From Neodothiora populina (lineage: Eukaryota), in assembly GCF_041146345.1 (NCBI RefSeq), contig NW_027191404.1, forward strand, positions 1,922,001-1,986,000: DNA of 64,000 nucleotides, given 5' to 3'. Positions 26,182 to 39,813 of the stretch are shown one piece after another. The notes beneath the pieces are model-generated. The model worked only from the letters and a program-made list of their open reading frames with translations. It did no database searches and was not told the origin of the DNA. Numbering within the stretch: the stretch's first letter is position 1; every line of letters starts with the position of its first letter. The position numbers and the translations under genes were made by a program.

Positions 26182-27791
26182 GAGCACTCGATCGCCGTTG
26201 CATGACCCACGTGCTCGGCAGCACATCGCAGGCTAAAGCAAACACACGGTATAGGCGCCGACCCTTATCGGAGCTCAGCCTAAGCACAGTAGACTCACCG
26301 ACCATGGGGCCCCCGCCCCCGTCCGAGTCAGTGACACGCTCGGCTTGCACTTTTGTCGTATAGATCCGCCGTGTCAAGAACGTGGCATCGCTCCATGGCA
26401 TAACACATGGCATAGATACGCGACACATGCCCAACAGTGACTTTCGATCACGGTGGCACATGGTCCGGCGCAATCGCTTACATGACCCGCTAGATGTTCT
26501 TGGGAATGCGTCTACCAAACAAATATGGGAACACGGGTCAATCAGGCATAGAAGAGAAGACAAAAAGCCACGCCTAAGTAGCCCTGGTAGCGTCTTTCGG
26601 CGAACTGCGCGTGTGCGGGCGTGCCATGGGAACGCCTCTAAAGCGAGGGAGCCGCAAGCTCAGTAAACGGCCACCCGTCAACCAAAGCCTTAGAAATGAA
26701 ACCGCAAAGACAAAAGTCTCACGACTTGGGATCCCCAGAGCAAAAGCCAAGCATCAACGCAGATTCAAGTGCAGAGGCAATCTCGCTGCCAGCCTGCATC
26801 CGTCCAATCCCGTATTGTCATTACCACGCGCGCAAGAGTGTGAGTGAAAGCTCGTGTGCGGATAAGTGTGCGCGACTTAATAAGGCGTACAGTGGCCCTC
26901 ATCGCGAAAAAAGCCGGGACCTCCGAATCCACCGGGAGGAAGTTAAGCTTCAACGAAAAGGCCTGTGGGCACACCATGTGGCGGAGCCTAGACAAGAGAC
27001 ACAAAAGACACGAGAAGAGGGGTTGTTCTGCAATCGCTTGTGTCGCTCATTCACGTGTCACAGGCATCACGATAGCTCTCATCACTCGACCACATGAGCT
27101 GTGGATTTTTCCAGTCATTTTGATGCCGAATACGTGTTGATGCATCGGCTCTGTCTGCACATCCCTGCTGTTTCGAGGTGCACGACGAAAATTAGTTTGA
27201 TCGCAGGATATTAAGCCTGTCAACCCCAGCGACCCCGTTGACCCCATCTCTCTCCAGTCACCCCCGCTTTTCTCCGTTGCCGATCGCTCGCTTAGCGAAG
27301 TTTGATTGGTCGACAGCCCTCCCCCCCTGGGTTATTGGGTTATTTGGCTATATCATTTGTGTGGAGACTTTCGTCACGACGAATATCAAGGCACGCAAGC
27401 CTTGGATCAACGGGTTTCGCGTGGCGGCTTGTTCTTGTTTCTCCTGCCAGTCTGGAACCGTTTTGATTCCCCTCAAGGTTCACGGTGCGTCTTGGGTTTC
27501 TATCGTGATTCTTCCCGAACATTACAAGTACAGTACCTGACCTTGGGTTGGTCTGGGTGTCTTCCTCGTCTCTGTCTTGGAAACCTGGACAAGACAGTGT
27601 ACTTGTATCTCTCGGTTTCTTGCCCCACAACTAACCTTCTCTCATCCACCACGTACGAAAGACACGAGGAGTAGACCGGCATATACACACACTCACATCG
27701 ACGGGGTTGATCTGTGCATAGTGGGCTTCCTCCGGCCTGGACAACCAACAATCGCCTGTTTCCTTTTTGGACGAGGATTGTGTTTCCAAGT

Positions 27792-29317
27792 ATGCCGTCT
27801 ACACCGCCAGCCATTTCTGCGCTCGACATGGAGCCCACCGCTGTCACACTCTCTCCGTCTCCGCAATTGTCGTCGTCGGAGTCCTGGCCGACCTCTTCTC
27901 CCCCGCCTCCCATCCCGGCGCAGCGTACGCGGAGCGATGGACCACGACGCACAAGTCACTACAGCCAATTCCAGACGAGATGCTCACCCTCTAACGATCT
28001 ACCGCCGTCTTACTCGACCTCTCAGCATGGCGCTCGTCTGACAGGTGTCCGTGAGCATGTGCAAGACGGATGCGAGAGTCTTCCGCCATATTCTTGCTCC
28101 GTTCTCAAGCAGGGAGTCATGTACATGCGCATTGAGAGGTTGTCGCCCTTCCAAGCACTACCCAAGCAAGACTGGCGCTCGGTTTACGTCGTCCTACGGG
28201 GCACTCAGCTCTGTCTCTACAAAATCAAGTCGTCCACCACCGGCTCCAAACTGTTGGCCGGACCGGGAAAGTTCCTGCGTCGATACACTTTACAGCATGG
28301 CGAAGTAGGCCTGGCCAATGACGTCAACGACCACGTTCTGACACCGGCGAGTCGAATCGCTCATCTCATCCCGGCTATGGCCAGACAAAGGGCTTACGAG
28401 AAAGATCCCGCGCTCTTCAACCCTGTCAAGCAGTTCGCCATACGTCTGAGACTCGAGAGTGACCAATTACTACTTGCTGACACAAGAGAAACGTCCATCT
28501 CTGAATGGCTCGAAGCGACATGCGCCGGCATCGATATCGCCTTTGATCTTGACGAGAGGCATCTTCCGAGACAATGTACTGTTCCCAGACGACAGCGCAC
28601 ACATCGGCCAGAAGCCACGGACCCAGCTACGAACCTGCAGGACGCCCAATTCATTCAAGAGCAAGAACGAATCCTTCGCGAGATGTATCCCGCTCTCGCT
28701 CGAGACGACGACAGTAACAGAGGCCTTGAGCGCGTCGAAACCATCGACCCTGCTTCCAACGGAAATCCGGATCTGTCATTGACAACGACAATGACCAACG
28801 AACAGGAAGGCGAGGACATCGATATCTCGGCCATGGCCGAAGACAGTGCTGTTCTGCAAGCATCCCTTTCACGGCCCACGACCACGCGACAGACGACTGC
28901 TTCGAGTGCCGAGTCATTCGGTCCATCACCGACCGCCGACTCGAACAACTTTGACGAGACTGGCAAGTGGGCACCACCTCATCCTTACTCGGCGCGCGCT
29001 CAATTTCGATACATCCGTCGATGCATGCCTGTTTTGTTGTTCGACACCCCTCGCGCCACCAGTATCGTCATGTGCAATGGTAGACGCCTGCACATCAATC
29101 ACAAGATGGACATGTTGGAGGAATGGGAACTGCAGCCTCCATCTTACGACGCGCACGAGTTCCCCGTCTCCGACGCCTCGCCGCTCGAGCGTGTCCCCAC
29201 TCAGGCGTCGACGGCCGGCACAGCATACTCGGCCCGGTCTGGCGTCGAAACGCCCGAGATCCAGGTCGTGCAAGCAGCGCCCGAATCTCACAGCCAAGTC
29301 ACAGAGAACAACACAAT

Positions 29318-29350
<33 letters not shown>

Positions 29351-29576
29351 AGCCGTGTCGGAAAAGCTATGGACACGCGCTCGGGCCGTCAGCGACAATC
29401 CCAAGATCCGCCATTTCATCGTTCTAAAGAGAAAGACAAAACAGCAACAGCAATCGCTCAGAGTACCCGACTCAGGCACGGATCCCAAAAAGTCAGACGT
29501 CCGATCCGAGCACGTGGAGATTGCCACACCAGCCGTCGTCGTCGACTCTCGATCGCAGACTGTGCTCGGGTTTTGA
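27792..29576 (+). CDS. PH-domain protein, YHR131C/YNL144C-like, with PY motifs; start uncertain
   Basis: LPPYSCSV..QG..RIERLSPF..WRSVYVVLRGTQLCLYK, YTLQHGEVGLAND, IRLRLESDQLLL and W...GIDIAFDLDER, plus LPPSY and QPPSY motifs. Confidence 0.78.
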
Positions 29577-31378
29577 TCGGGGAGAAGCTTGTGCTGATGC
29601 ATTTTTTTCTTTTTCTTTTCTTTTCGGGGTGACGATAAACGAACACTCATGATATGTAACCGATGACGACGACTATAACGAAATTCATCAATGGGGAAGC
29701 AATGAAGAGAGAGACGAGTCGTAGCATTTCTACCAGCCAGATGATTATTATTCATTCATTTGCAAAGCAGGAGATTGTTGTACCAAAGGACGAAAGTAGA
29801 GAGAAGAGAGAGAGAGAGAGATAAACATGTAATAAAACCAATCACTCTTCATACTCTTGTCCCGAATACCACATATCATCAATCCTACATCTATCAGCTC
29901 CCATCTATCCACTTCAACCCCAAAGAGAAGAAAAAAAGACGAAAAGAAAAGCGATCGCACAAATTCATATATACGAGCACTACAAACCCTACAAAACCAC
30001 AAAACCACAAAACCACGAAACTACGAATGAGCGACGAGCAACGAGCAACGAGCAACGAATAAGACTACAGTAAGATACAGTAGAACACCCAAGGCACCTG
30101 ACCTACCTTAGCTACAGCAGCCCTATTCTATTACCCAAACAGTACAATAACCAAACAATAACAACAACACAACAAACCACAAATCAAACCATATAATACA
30201 AGTACAGGGAATGAACCATGCATAGCCAGCCAGCAGCACACCGCCATTCCTGTCTGCGGTTCCACGATTCAGACACGATTCAGGTCCACGATTCACACAG
30301 TAGAGGTTCCACGATCCAGACAGTAGGAGTAAACATAACACAACGCAACGAAACGCAAGCGCAAGAGTAAACAGGAAAAGCAAGAAGCAGAAAAAAAAAG
30401 GGATCGTCGTTCTGAATCATGCAACACACACTACACACAACGAACAACGACGGGAAAGAAGGCGAAAAAAGCAACAGAAAAAAAAAGCAATGACGACAAT
30501 GACGGTGGAAAATAGACAAGATGTAGTTTGTTGATCGACGAATATCTGTTGAAAAGATACAAGCAAGGATAGATTCGAGGAAAGAACGGATGCACTACTA
30601 TCCACGGCAACAAAAAGGAAAAAAAGACCGTCGTTACACAAGGTACAGTAGTAGTCTCGATCAAACATACGCTGCTGCATCGAAGAAGCCAAAACAAAAT
30701 GAACATTCCGACTTCTTCTCGACAGAGAATATGATGATTCGTCATCGCGAATGGCATTTCTTGCTTTCTTCCTATACATGAAATAAAATGTGAAATGTGA
30801 AAAATGTACCTTTCCCGATTTCCCTTTTTTTGTATCTTCTTTTCCTTTACTGAGCTTCTACTGTCTGCTGCCTCTTTGCTCTAGAAAAGAATCAAAGATC
30901 AGAGAGGCACATCCGTCCCTTGGCCAGCCAATTTTTCCCATGGCGGCCCCGGGTTCGTTCATTGTACATCTGTGTGCATGCTTTGACAACAAGAAAGAAG
31001 CAAAAGGCATGAAGCGACCGAGCCGTCGCCCTCTCTTAAACTCCATATGCCAGTCGATTTGCCCCCTCCACCACCCTCGAAGGCATCCCATAATTATTTT
31101 TTTCTCCACCTGAAAAAAAAAAGGAAAAACACAAAAGAAGAAAAAAGCATCCTTTCTGGCCTGTACGAACGCCAGTTTAGTGGTTGAGATCCACGTGTTT
31201 TTTCTCCAAACGCCACGCCATAAAGTCATCATGATTAACGAAAGTCAGACTTCGAAAGGTATCAACGCAAAGAATGATCAGACGGAGAAGCCGGAATAGC
31301 GCTGTTCGGAGAACATAATCCGAGCAGGCCGGTATGCAAGCCGTATGCATAGAGGAGAGAAAAGAACCATGTCAGGCG

Positions 31379-32759
31379 TTAAGGTCCGGTTCGACGGCGG
31401 CGTCCCCTGTTGCCGCCTTCCGGGCGCTGCGACAACACTTCACGAAGCAGAGGGTCATCCTTGTCCTTGTCCACGTGATGAACCCTGACGTGTCTGAATG
31501 GCTAGAGTCAACACCACATCTATCTTGACGATTGCTGTCGAATGACATACCTCTGTAAGTTGTCAGGCCGCGGGTATTTGTGTTCCCGCAATGGGCAGAA
31601 AGGGCAAATGTAGCCAGGACTGTCGTGCACAAGGCCATGCCGTATCATCTCATTCTTGCGCTTAAAGCCTTTGCCACCTTCGCTACGTGGGCATCCTTTG
31701 ACAGGACAAAAGTGTGGGCGATTGGAGCTATGCACGTTCGCGTGGGAGCTATAAGAATGTGGTCAGTACCATAAAGCGGCAGATCTACATCGATACGTAC
31801 TTGAGCAAGTACTGTGTCTGAAAAGGTGGCGCGCTGCAGCCTGGATACTCGCAGGTAAAAACGCCACCAGCGGACGGTGAATGCTGTGCGTTAGATGGTA
31901 GCGGGGTTTCCTCCGAGGCCGAATGTTCGATTGGGGTCGTGCTCGTTGTGGTGTAGCTGTCTGCACCGGAGCTTTGGTAGCTGACATTTGTGTCATTGGA
32001 TGACGAAGTGGTCAGGGTAGGTACAAAGGAGGGAGCAATATGACCCGATCCGAAAGATCGACGGCGGTGCGCAAAGGAGCTTCGATCCGAGCTCCCATAT
32101 GCTACAGCAGGAGAAAGTGGTACGGCAAAGCCTTCGTGAGAATCAGGGCGCGTGCTTGGCTCCAGGGAATGACTTCCTACAGCAAATCCAAGAGCAGGGC
32201 TCGATTGCTGACTCCCTGTAAAGTAAGGAAGGGATTTCGCCGGAGACTGCGCGCCAACCGTGGATGGATGTGTCGGCAAGGCTGGATAGGATGTGGTAGC
32301 GCGTGTCTCCATACTTTCTGTACCTCCATCTGCTATCCTGCTCAATTGCCGGAAAGATGGGAGACGATCTGTGCGGGATGAAGAAGTGCTTAATGTGGAG
32401 AACGGTGGTGTTGGCAGATATTGCATCTGATGGCTAGGAGAATCCGTGCCAAGGCGATCGCGGAATACAGACTCCGCTACAGAGAGACTCGGGTTTGTTG
32501 TGCGCAGACCGAGCGGTGTGCCTAGGAATGGCAGTTCAGAGCGCTTGCTCGGTCCTGCCGAGTGACCCCGAGCTGGGCCTGGTCCGGTCGGTGGACCAGG
32601 CATTGCCAAATCTTGTTGACCTACTGCTTGCCAGATCGATCCGGGGGTTATATCATCCGGAGTTGGTAGGGCCGACGTATCTGCCTCGGATAGGCAGATA
32701 TCTTCTTGTGTATAGAGGCTGTTGCCAGCGACCCTATTGAAGAGTCCCGGCCGCTGCAT
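31379..32759 (-). CDS. C2H2 zinc-finger transcription factor (3 fingers, 2 introns)
   Basis: FTCEYPGCSAPPFQTQYLL|SHANVH, HFCPVKGCPRSEGGKGFKRKNEMIRHGLVH and YICPFCPLREHKYPRPDNLQR|HVRVHH; ends RGRRRRTGP*. Confidence 0.9.
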
Positions 32760-35185
32760 GTATATACCGCAGCACTCTCGATAGGCACTCTATGCAAAAG
32801 CGATCAATAGTGACGGGCTAGAGATTTCAGGTTTGGACTTGTCGGTCCTGTCAAAGGATGTCGTGGTGGAGCAGCCTTTGCGTAAGGAGAGCAATCGAAT
32901 TCGAGCTGCGCACTCTTCAACACAGTTCAGAACGTTGATGGTACTCAAGCAATTCCAAACAGCGGTACGGCGATCTGTTGAGTGACGAGCCGAGAATCGA
33001 GATTACGGGATGCAAGGTCAGATATTGGCAAGATCAGGATGATATGGGGACGACAATGCGTCGATGTGCTGCAAGTACAATTATCAACGCATCAAGGGTG
33101 CAGAGATGGCGACGATTTGCTCAGAGGACGCGGTCGCGCGATTATCTGACAATGTCAGCGACAGGCACGGATTTAGAAGCTAGCGTGAGTGCATTCAGGG
33201 TAGATATGTGATGGGGAGGAGGCCAGAAAGCAATGTCCGGATGGTCAACCACGCCGCAACGCAGCTCTGTCGAATCACGCGCGCAACGAGATCAAGGAGA
33301 CCCACACAAGCGGACAGTGCTTATGTATGCAGACACGACAGAACGGTCTCTGGTGAGTGTGCTGGGACAAAAGGGGAAGCATTCTGATAACGATGACGAT
33401 GGTTGGTGGCAGCTATCGAGGTGCATGGTAATACCGAACAAACACGCTCGCAGTGAAGGAGCGAGTCAGCGAAAAAAAACATGCAACACAACACGTACCG
33501 ACCGAATCATGGAAAGAGATGGAGAGCCATGAAATACAAAAGCTTTACTGTGAGAGAAGAGCTACGGCTGCCTCAGTCTGGAGAATGGGCAGGGCAGTTT
33601 TGATCCTCGGTAGATGGAAAGAACGGGACGAGTGGGTTACTGTTGACCAACTCAAAGGCGGATCAGAGGTCAGAGGAGTGAAGTCGTTGGCAAAGGCTCG
33701 GCGAAATTGATCCGGAGCCGCAACAAAAGAGGATTGTGCGTGTGCGCAAGAAACGCTAAGTCGTGGCTCGAGGCTGCGCCGACGAGGTTTCGAGGAAGTT
33801 GGAAAGATGAGACTGAGCCGTGGTTGATGTGGGTGGAGGAAAGACGAAGCCTGGCGCATGAAGAAGTCGAGTTCGAGGAGGGCCCCTCCCGAGTGGAAGC
33901 GAAAAGGTGGTTTTGCCGATCGAGTAGCTAAGGTTTGTTAAACGGAGGCGGGCAGCTCTACGGCGATGGAGTGGAGGGAACACTCGGGCGACCACACACG
34001 CTTGAGCCTCATGAGATCATGCGTTTTGCGCACAGATGGAAATTTGAACCAAGGGTCCACTGGGCCACTGGGACGACAGAAGGTCGCGCAAGCCAGGAGC
34101 CACTTGTCACATGTACCAAGTAACTTTTCGCGAAAGCCTCGTGTTGAGACACTTTAACATTGCCATGGGGATGCCAAGTACCGGATGACAGCCGAAACAG
34201 AGGTACGCTCTGTCCTCGACTGCCCTCCCTTCCAATTAGCAGAAAATATGCCTATGTTCTGCTCAGTTTGTTTTTCAGACCTGCAATGTGTGAATGTACG
34301 TGGTCGCTGACCGTGCCGTAGCTTACTGGTTGTTGGTTGCACGATGACTTCGCTCACCAGCGGTCTAGATCCTCTTAGCCGGGAATATCCCCCATCTTAC
34401 TTGCCGTTCAGGCGACTTTTATCATGCCGTTTCTGGATGATGGCAATTGACTCAAACACCATCAAAGTATTCATTCCTCGCTGCAATGCACGAAGCTATT
34501 CTCAAGCATCATGCACTCATAGCTAGCGGATTTTGTGGAAGAAACAGAAAACAGAAACAGAAGCAGAAGAAGATGCGTCTTCAGCATATAAAAGCTAAAG
34601 TGTCTGATGCCTGCCCCGTGCCAGTACGTCATAAGGCACTGTGGTGATGATGCCAACCTTGAACCCTTTCAACCATCTTACGCCTGACATCAATGAAAAA
34701 GGGTGAGGCAACTTTTAATCGGCAGTGTCTGGCGAGCTGCATTACGTCTGCGTCTCCCATTCGTGTTCATACATGTGATGGATCTACAGCTCTTGTCATC
34801 AAATGAATGTTCTCGGTATCACCGATAGTAGTGGACCACTGAGCAGCTACAACCATTGGAGTCAGAGGGAACCAGCACTACGCAATTGCACCGATCGTAC
34901 ATGTCCATCGAAGACTAGCGAATAACATTCGCCGACTGTATAGTCAGTAAATGCATTGGCGGGAGGGACTTGTTCTATATGCAAGCCCTCTCATCGTATA
35001 CGAGTGCACTCTCGAGACAACTTCATCTGCCCCGACAGTTGTGCGCGAGGCTGGGCTATCTTATCATAAGAACCGACAGGTTCACCCCGCGGTGCACTAC
35101 TGAGATCGCCCACCGCAGCATTATTAGCACTGCGACCGACAAACGCCACAGCACCGTCGGCATACGCAATGCCCGCATTGCCAAA

Positions 35186-36681
35186 ATGAAACAAAAGGAC
35201 CGGGCTCCGGACAGCAAGCAGATTACTGGACCATCAAAACGTGCTCGAGCAGAACAAGACGTACCAGAGTACCATCTCACGCCGTCCTTTCGAGATGTGA
35301 ACGGCGACATAATATGGCCTGCGCCTGAAGACCAGGTAAAACTGGCTCGAAATATTATTACCAGATGGTGGGTACACTTCTCCATGCTTTCATCTGTGAG
35401 TGTCATATTGACTTCTTCCGAAGTGCTGAAGCTCAGAAACGGACGTTGATCGTGCCCGACAAAGATGCAGATGGTCTGTCTTCTGGGGTCATCCTGAAAC
35501 GAACCTTAGAGCTGCTCGGGTTACCGTCAGAGCTGATTGACATACATCTGATTAGTAAAGGGAACAATGTGCATAGTGATGATGAACGCGAAAGAATGGA
35601 TGCCAAGTCACCGGAATATGTATTTGTACTTGATCAAGGTTCGCGCAAATCAGCGCCTATAATCGACAGGCCTCACGAGGGGCTCGTGATAGACCACCAC
35701 CACGCAACAGAAGATGACTTTCCCGAAAATGCCAATTTCGTCACTGCTTGCAATTCACCACCAGTAGCCACATCGGCTCTGCTGACATATCACATCTGTC
35801 ACCCATTACACCCTGACGTCGGCGAACGTTGTTCGTGGCTCTGCGTGGTAGGGACACATGGAGACCTAGGGAACACTCTCAAATGGGAGCCTCCCTTCCC
35901 AGAAATGAAAGCCACCTTCAAGCGCTTCACGAAGAAAACTCTCAATGAAGTAGTATCCTACATCAACGCGCCGCGGAGAACGGCAACATACGACGTATCG
36001 TCCGCCTGGGATGCACTGGCGTCTGCCTCGGAGCCCTCAGACGTCCTCAAACACCCTCGTCTGCTCGCCGCACGACACGAAGTCAACGCCGAAGTCGAGC
36101 GATGCACGCACGCGCCTCCCAAGTTCTCCGCCGACGGTAAAGTCGCCGTGCTGAGGATCTCCAGTGAGGCTCAGGTCCACCCGGTCATCGCCACCAGGTG
36201 GGCAGGTTTCCTCCAGAGCAAGGCCCTCGAGATCGTCATGGTCGCCAACGAGGGCTATTTGCCCGGAAAAGTCAATTTCTCCTGTCGGATAGCGCGTTGT
36301 GCTCGCAGTCGTGATCCCGCGGTCAACATCATCCAGAGCCTCAAAGCATATGCTGGGCCTGCGATCAAGACGGAAGGCGATCAAGAGGAAACGAAAACCG
36401 GGACAGACGAGTCGAACCGACCACTGATCGAGAGACTCGGCGACAACTTCGCCCGAGGCCACGTGCAAGCGAGCGGAGGCATCGTTGACGTGGCCGAATT
36501 CGAGGAGCTCATGAGCTTGATGCGCGTCGGAGAAAAGGCGTCGAAAGCGGAAGGAAGAGCAGGGGCAGGAGCAACACAGTCAAGTCCGAAAAAGGCAATC
36601 GCGAATCAGAAGAACACTCTCATGAATTACTTTGGCAATGCAAAGTCACCGACGAAGAAGAGGTCAAACGAGACGTCTTGA
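35186..36681 (+). CDS. DHH-family phosphoesterase (RecJ/NrnA-like fold), intron 35368-35423; in-frame upstream ATG at 34979
   Basis: Motifs PDKDADGLSSG (I), VLDQG (II), IDHH (III), GTHGD (IV) and DHHA1-like RGHVQASGG. Confidence 0.85.
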
Positions 36682-36960
36682 CACTGGGTTTTAGATAGAT
36701 GGAAGAAAGATGGTGCCTCAACTCCATGGTGTGAACCCGCCAAAGACGAAGCTGCGGACAAATAAGGTAGTCTGAGGTGGGAAGGAGGGGTATTTTATAC
36801 AGATGTGTTCGAGCTCATCCTCGACAAACACTCGAGAGAGAGACTAAACCGAGAACAAGGAATAATGTACTACTTTCATAACAAATAGTTGGTGATCTCT
36901 AATTTTTTATTTTTTTGGTTTTTGTTGTTCTGCTTTCTTCATTCTTCGTCTTTATTCTTT

Positions 36961-38404
36961 TCACAATACAAGACGGCCGGGCTCGGCTTCGAGCACAGCC
37001 TTCATGCGCTCGAGGTACTCCTGCACTCTCTTCTCCTCGCCCGTCTTGGCCATGACGCTGAAGACGCTGTGAGGAGCGACCGAGCCAACGGCACTCGCGG
37101 TTCTCGCGGCGGGGGCCTTCTTAAAAGCGGCCGACTTGCCGGACAGAATGTCGATAATGTCGGGGGTCTTTCTCGACGACCTCGACGATGCGCTCACAGG
37201 GGACGAGGGGAAGCCGGTGATCAGAGGTGCATAGTTGCCGCGTGATGTCTTGGAGATGACCTTGTCGAGGCCGAGCACAGAGTTGAAGAGCTCCTCGGAG
37301 GTGGGTGTGCGGTTCTTCGACAAGGGTAGATCCTCGTTGGCGAGCTCTGAGGCGCGCGCGACAAAGGTTGAGAGAGGAAGGTAGATGCCAAGGGTGTCTT
37401 GCACACGTTTCTGAGTCGCAATGACGGCGGTGAGCGAGACGGGCAGAGCGACCTCGGTGTCCAGTACTGGGGCGGCCTCGGCAGCTTCGGCTGCCTTGGG
37501 AGCCTTCTTCTCTTCGACCTTCTTGGGCGCAGCGACCTGGATGTTGGACAGATCGAGGTGGCCGCGCTTCTCAATGCTCTTGGCGAGTGTGGCAGCGTAT
37601 CCCTTCTCACTCTTGCCGAGGTATTCGAGGACGTCACCCTTCAGCAGACGACCCTGGGGACCAGTGGCAGGGATGCTGTTGGCGTCTTCCTTGGTGAGGC
37701 CGTTCTGGACAAGCAGGGCGTGAACGGATGGGTAGAGCGGGTACTTCTTGTTCTGCGTCTTTGTCGGAGCGGCGGCAGACGAAGAAGAAGCGGAAGAAGT
37801 GGCAGCCTCGGAGGATGAGGAGGAAGGCGTCTTGGGTTCTTCCTTGGGGGCGGGCTTGCTCTCCTGCGCTGGCTTCTCGGATGCGCTGGCCTTCTCTTCT
37901 GCGGGTATCTCGAGGGTGGACAGGTCGTCACCTGGTTCGGCCAAAACACCTATCCGCTCACCGACCTTGATTGCTTTTGCGCCGTCTCCCAGTGTGATCT
38001 TTGCCAGGATACCATCATCCTGCGCCTCCACGTCCATCTGCGCCTTGTCGGTCTCGATCTCGAGGATAACATCGCCGACAGAGAAGGAGTCGCCTGTGCA
38101 ACGACACTAGGTTCAGCAGGTGATTCTTACAGCGCCGGAGGGGTGTGTCTAACCTTCTTTGAGCTTCCAGCTTGCAATGTTTCCCTCGGTCATGGTGGGG
38201 GAAAGAGCGGGCATGGTGAAGCTGGTGGCAGCGCGGTTCACAGCCGCGACATGGAAGCCTAGAGCGCAGAGTCAATGTCAGTAGTGGATACGAGTGCGAG
38301 GCGGTTGCAAAGAAGACTGAATGCAAATCTGCGGACTCACCACGACGAGCATGTCTGCCCGTTAAAGCAGCTGCGTGTTTACATGAGTGGAAAATGGCAG
38401 CCAT
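36961..38404 (-). CDS. PDX1: Pyruvate dehydrogenase complex protein X (E3-binding protein), mitochondrial
   Basis: Lipoyl domain [62 protein letters not shown], and fungal C-terminus ..[10 protein letters not shown] lacking an E2 catalytic domain. Confidence 0.93.
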
Positions 38405-39813
38405 TGCACTGACTGACGCTCTGCAACAAGAGGATGGCGACCACGCAGCGTGCAGCGACCAGGACAACTGTGGGTAAATTGAAGTGGTGGTAGTGGTGGA
38501 CGAGGAGGAAGCAGAGAAGAAAGAGCAAGAGAGAAAGGCGGATGGATTTCCTGCTGCTGGCGTTGAGTTGGAGTTGAGTCGAGCTTACTTCTCTCGAGTC
38601 CTCCACGGATGGGATGGCGGCTTGTACTCGTTACTTGCAATTATTGACTATTATTGATTATTCTCTCGCTGCGGCTGCGGACAAGACAAAGAAGCCCTTG
38701 CTTGTCCCGCAAATCCATTCGTTCTTCGAGCCATTTTCCAATCAATTCACTCCATTTCAATCAATCCCAAGCTCAAGCCTTCTCCGCCGCTGTCCCATGT
38801 CCGAAGCCGCCCGCCGGCTTACTTTGACTCCGATCTCAACCACAATTCCCGTCGAATCTACATAAAAAGACAGACGTAGCTGAGCTTTGTTTCCAGTATT
38901 TGTGAAAATCAATACAGAGTGGATACTCATCATGTTAGCTAATGCGGTCCAAACCACTTCTATCTTGTCTTAGGTGTGCTTTTGACTAAAAATCGCATGT
39001 TACCGTTCCTTCTTCTTTCGCGGAAGATCATGTCAATTGCGCATGGCGACGAGGTCGATACACACTCCCCATGACTTTCAATGTGAACTCGAGGACATTT
39101 TGCCTCTATCGACCCCTCGAATGGCCACGACCGGATGTGCGAAACGACGTGGCTGCACTAAGCGCTCCGTAAGCGAAGCGCCAGCCTTCTCTTGACCTTG
39201 CGAGACCAGATATTACTAGAGACTACGGCGCCATGTAGGCGCGTCGCTCGACTGCCTCATCTCATCAGGCGGCAGCTTGTTTGAAGTTCTGCTCGGGGTC
39301 GTGGATAGGCCACCACCGGGACCCACGAGCACAACCCCTTATCTACATGTGCAAGCGCTTCCTTCCGCATCTGCTCCAACTACATCGCAAATGTCCTGTT
39401 TGCTGGGCATCTCTACAACCCGAGTATGCCAGTCCTCTTCACTGAGCGAGACCTTCTGTTTCATGTCTGCATACTCCGCTATATTTGGATGACGGTCAGT
39501 ACGTCCACCTTGGGGTCATTGCTACGGAGATATCAAGGTAGTGATATGGTATAAGATATCCTCTTTTCACCACCCAACTGTCTGAAAAAGCCCAGGACTT
39601 TGAGACCCGTGGTATCAGTTTCTCTCATTTAGTCGCATTTCTTGTTTAATTTCCTTAAGACTGGGTACTTTATCATTCGCTTTCATAATCATTAATCACG
39701 ACTGGAGACGGCGGTGATAGATTACCTGTCATTGTTTGAGAGTTTCTCCCGAGTGTGTAATCTAATCCTTTTCTTCTTTACGAGCTGGTCTCGACCCGAC
39801 AAATCCTGCAGAC

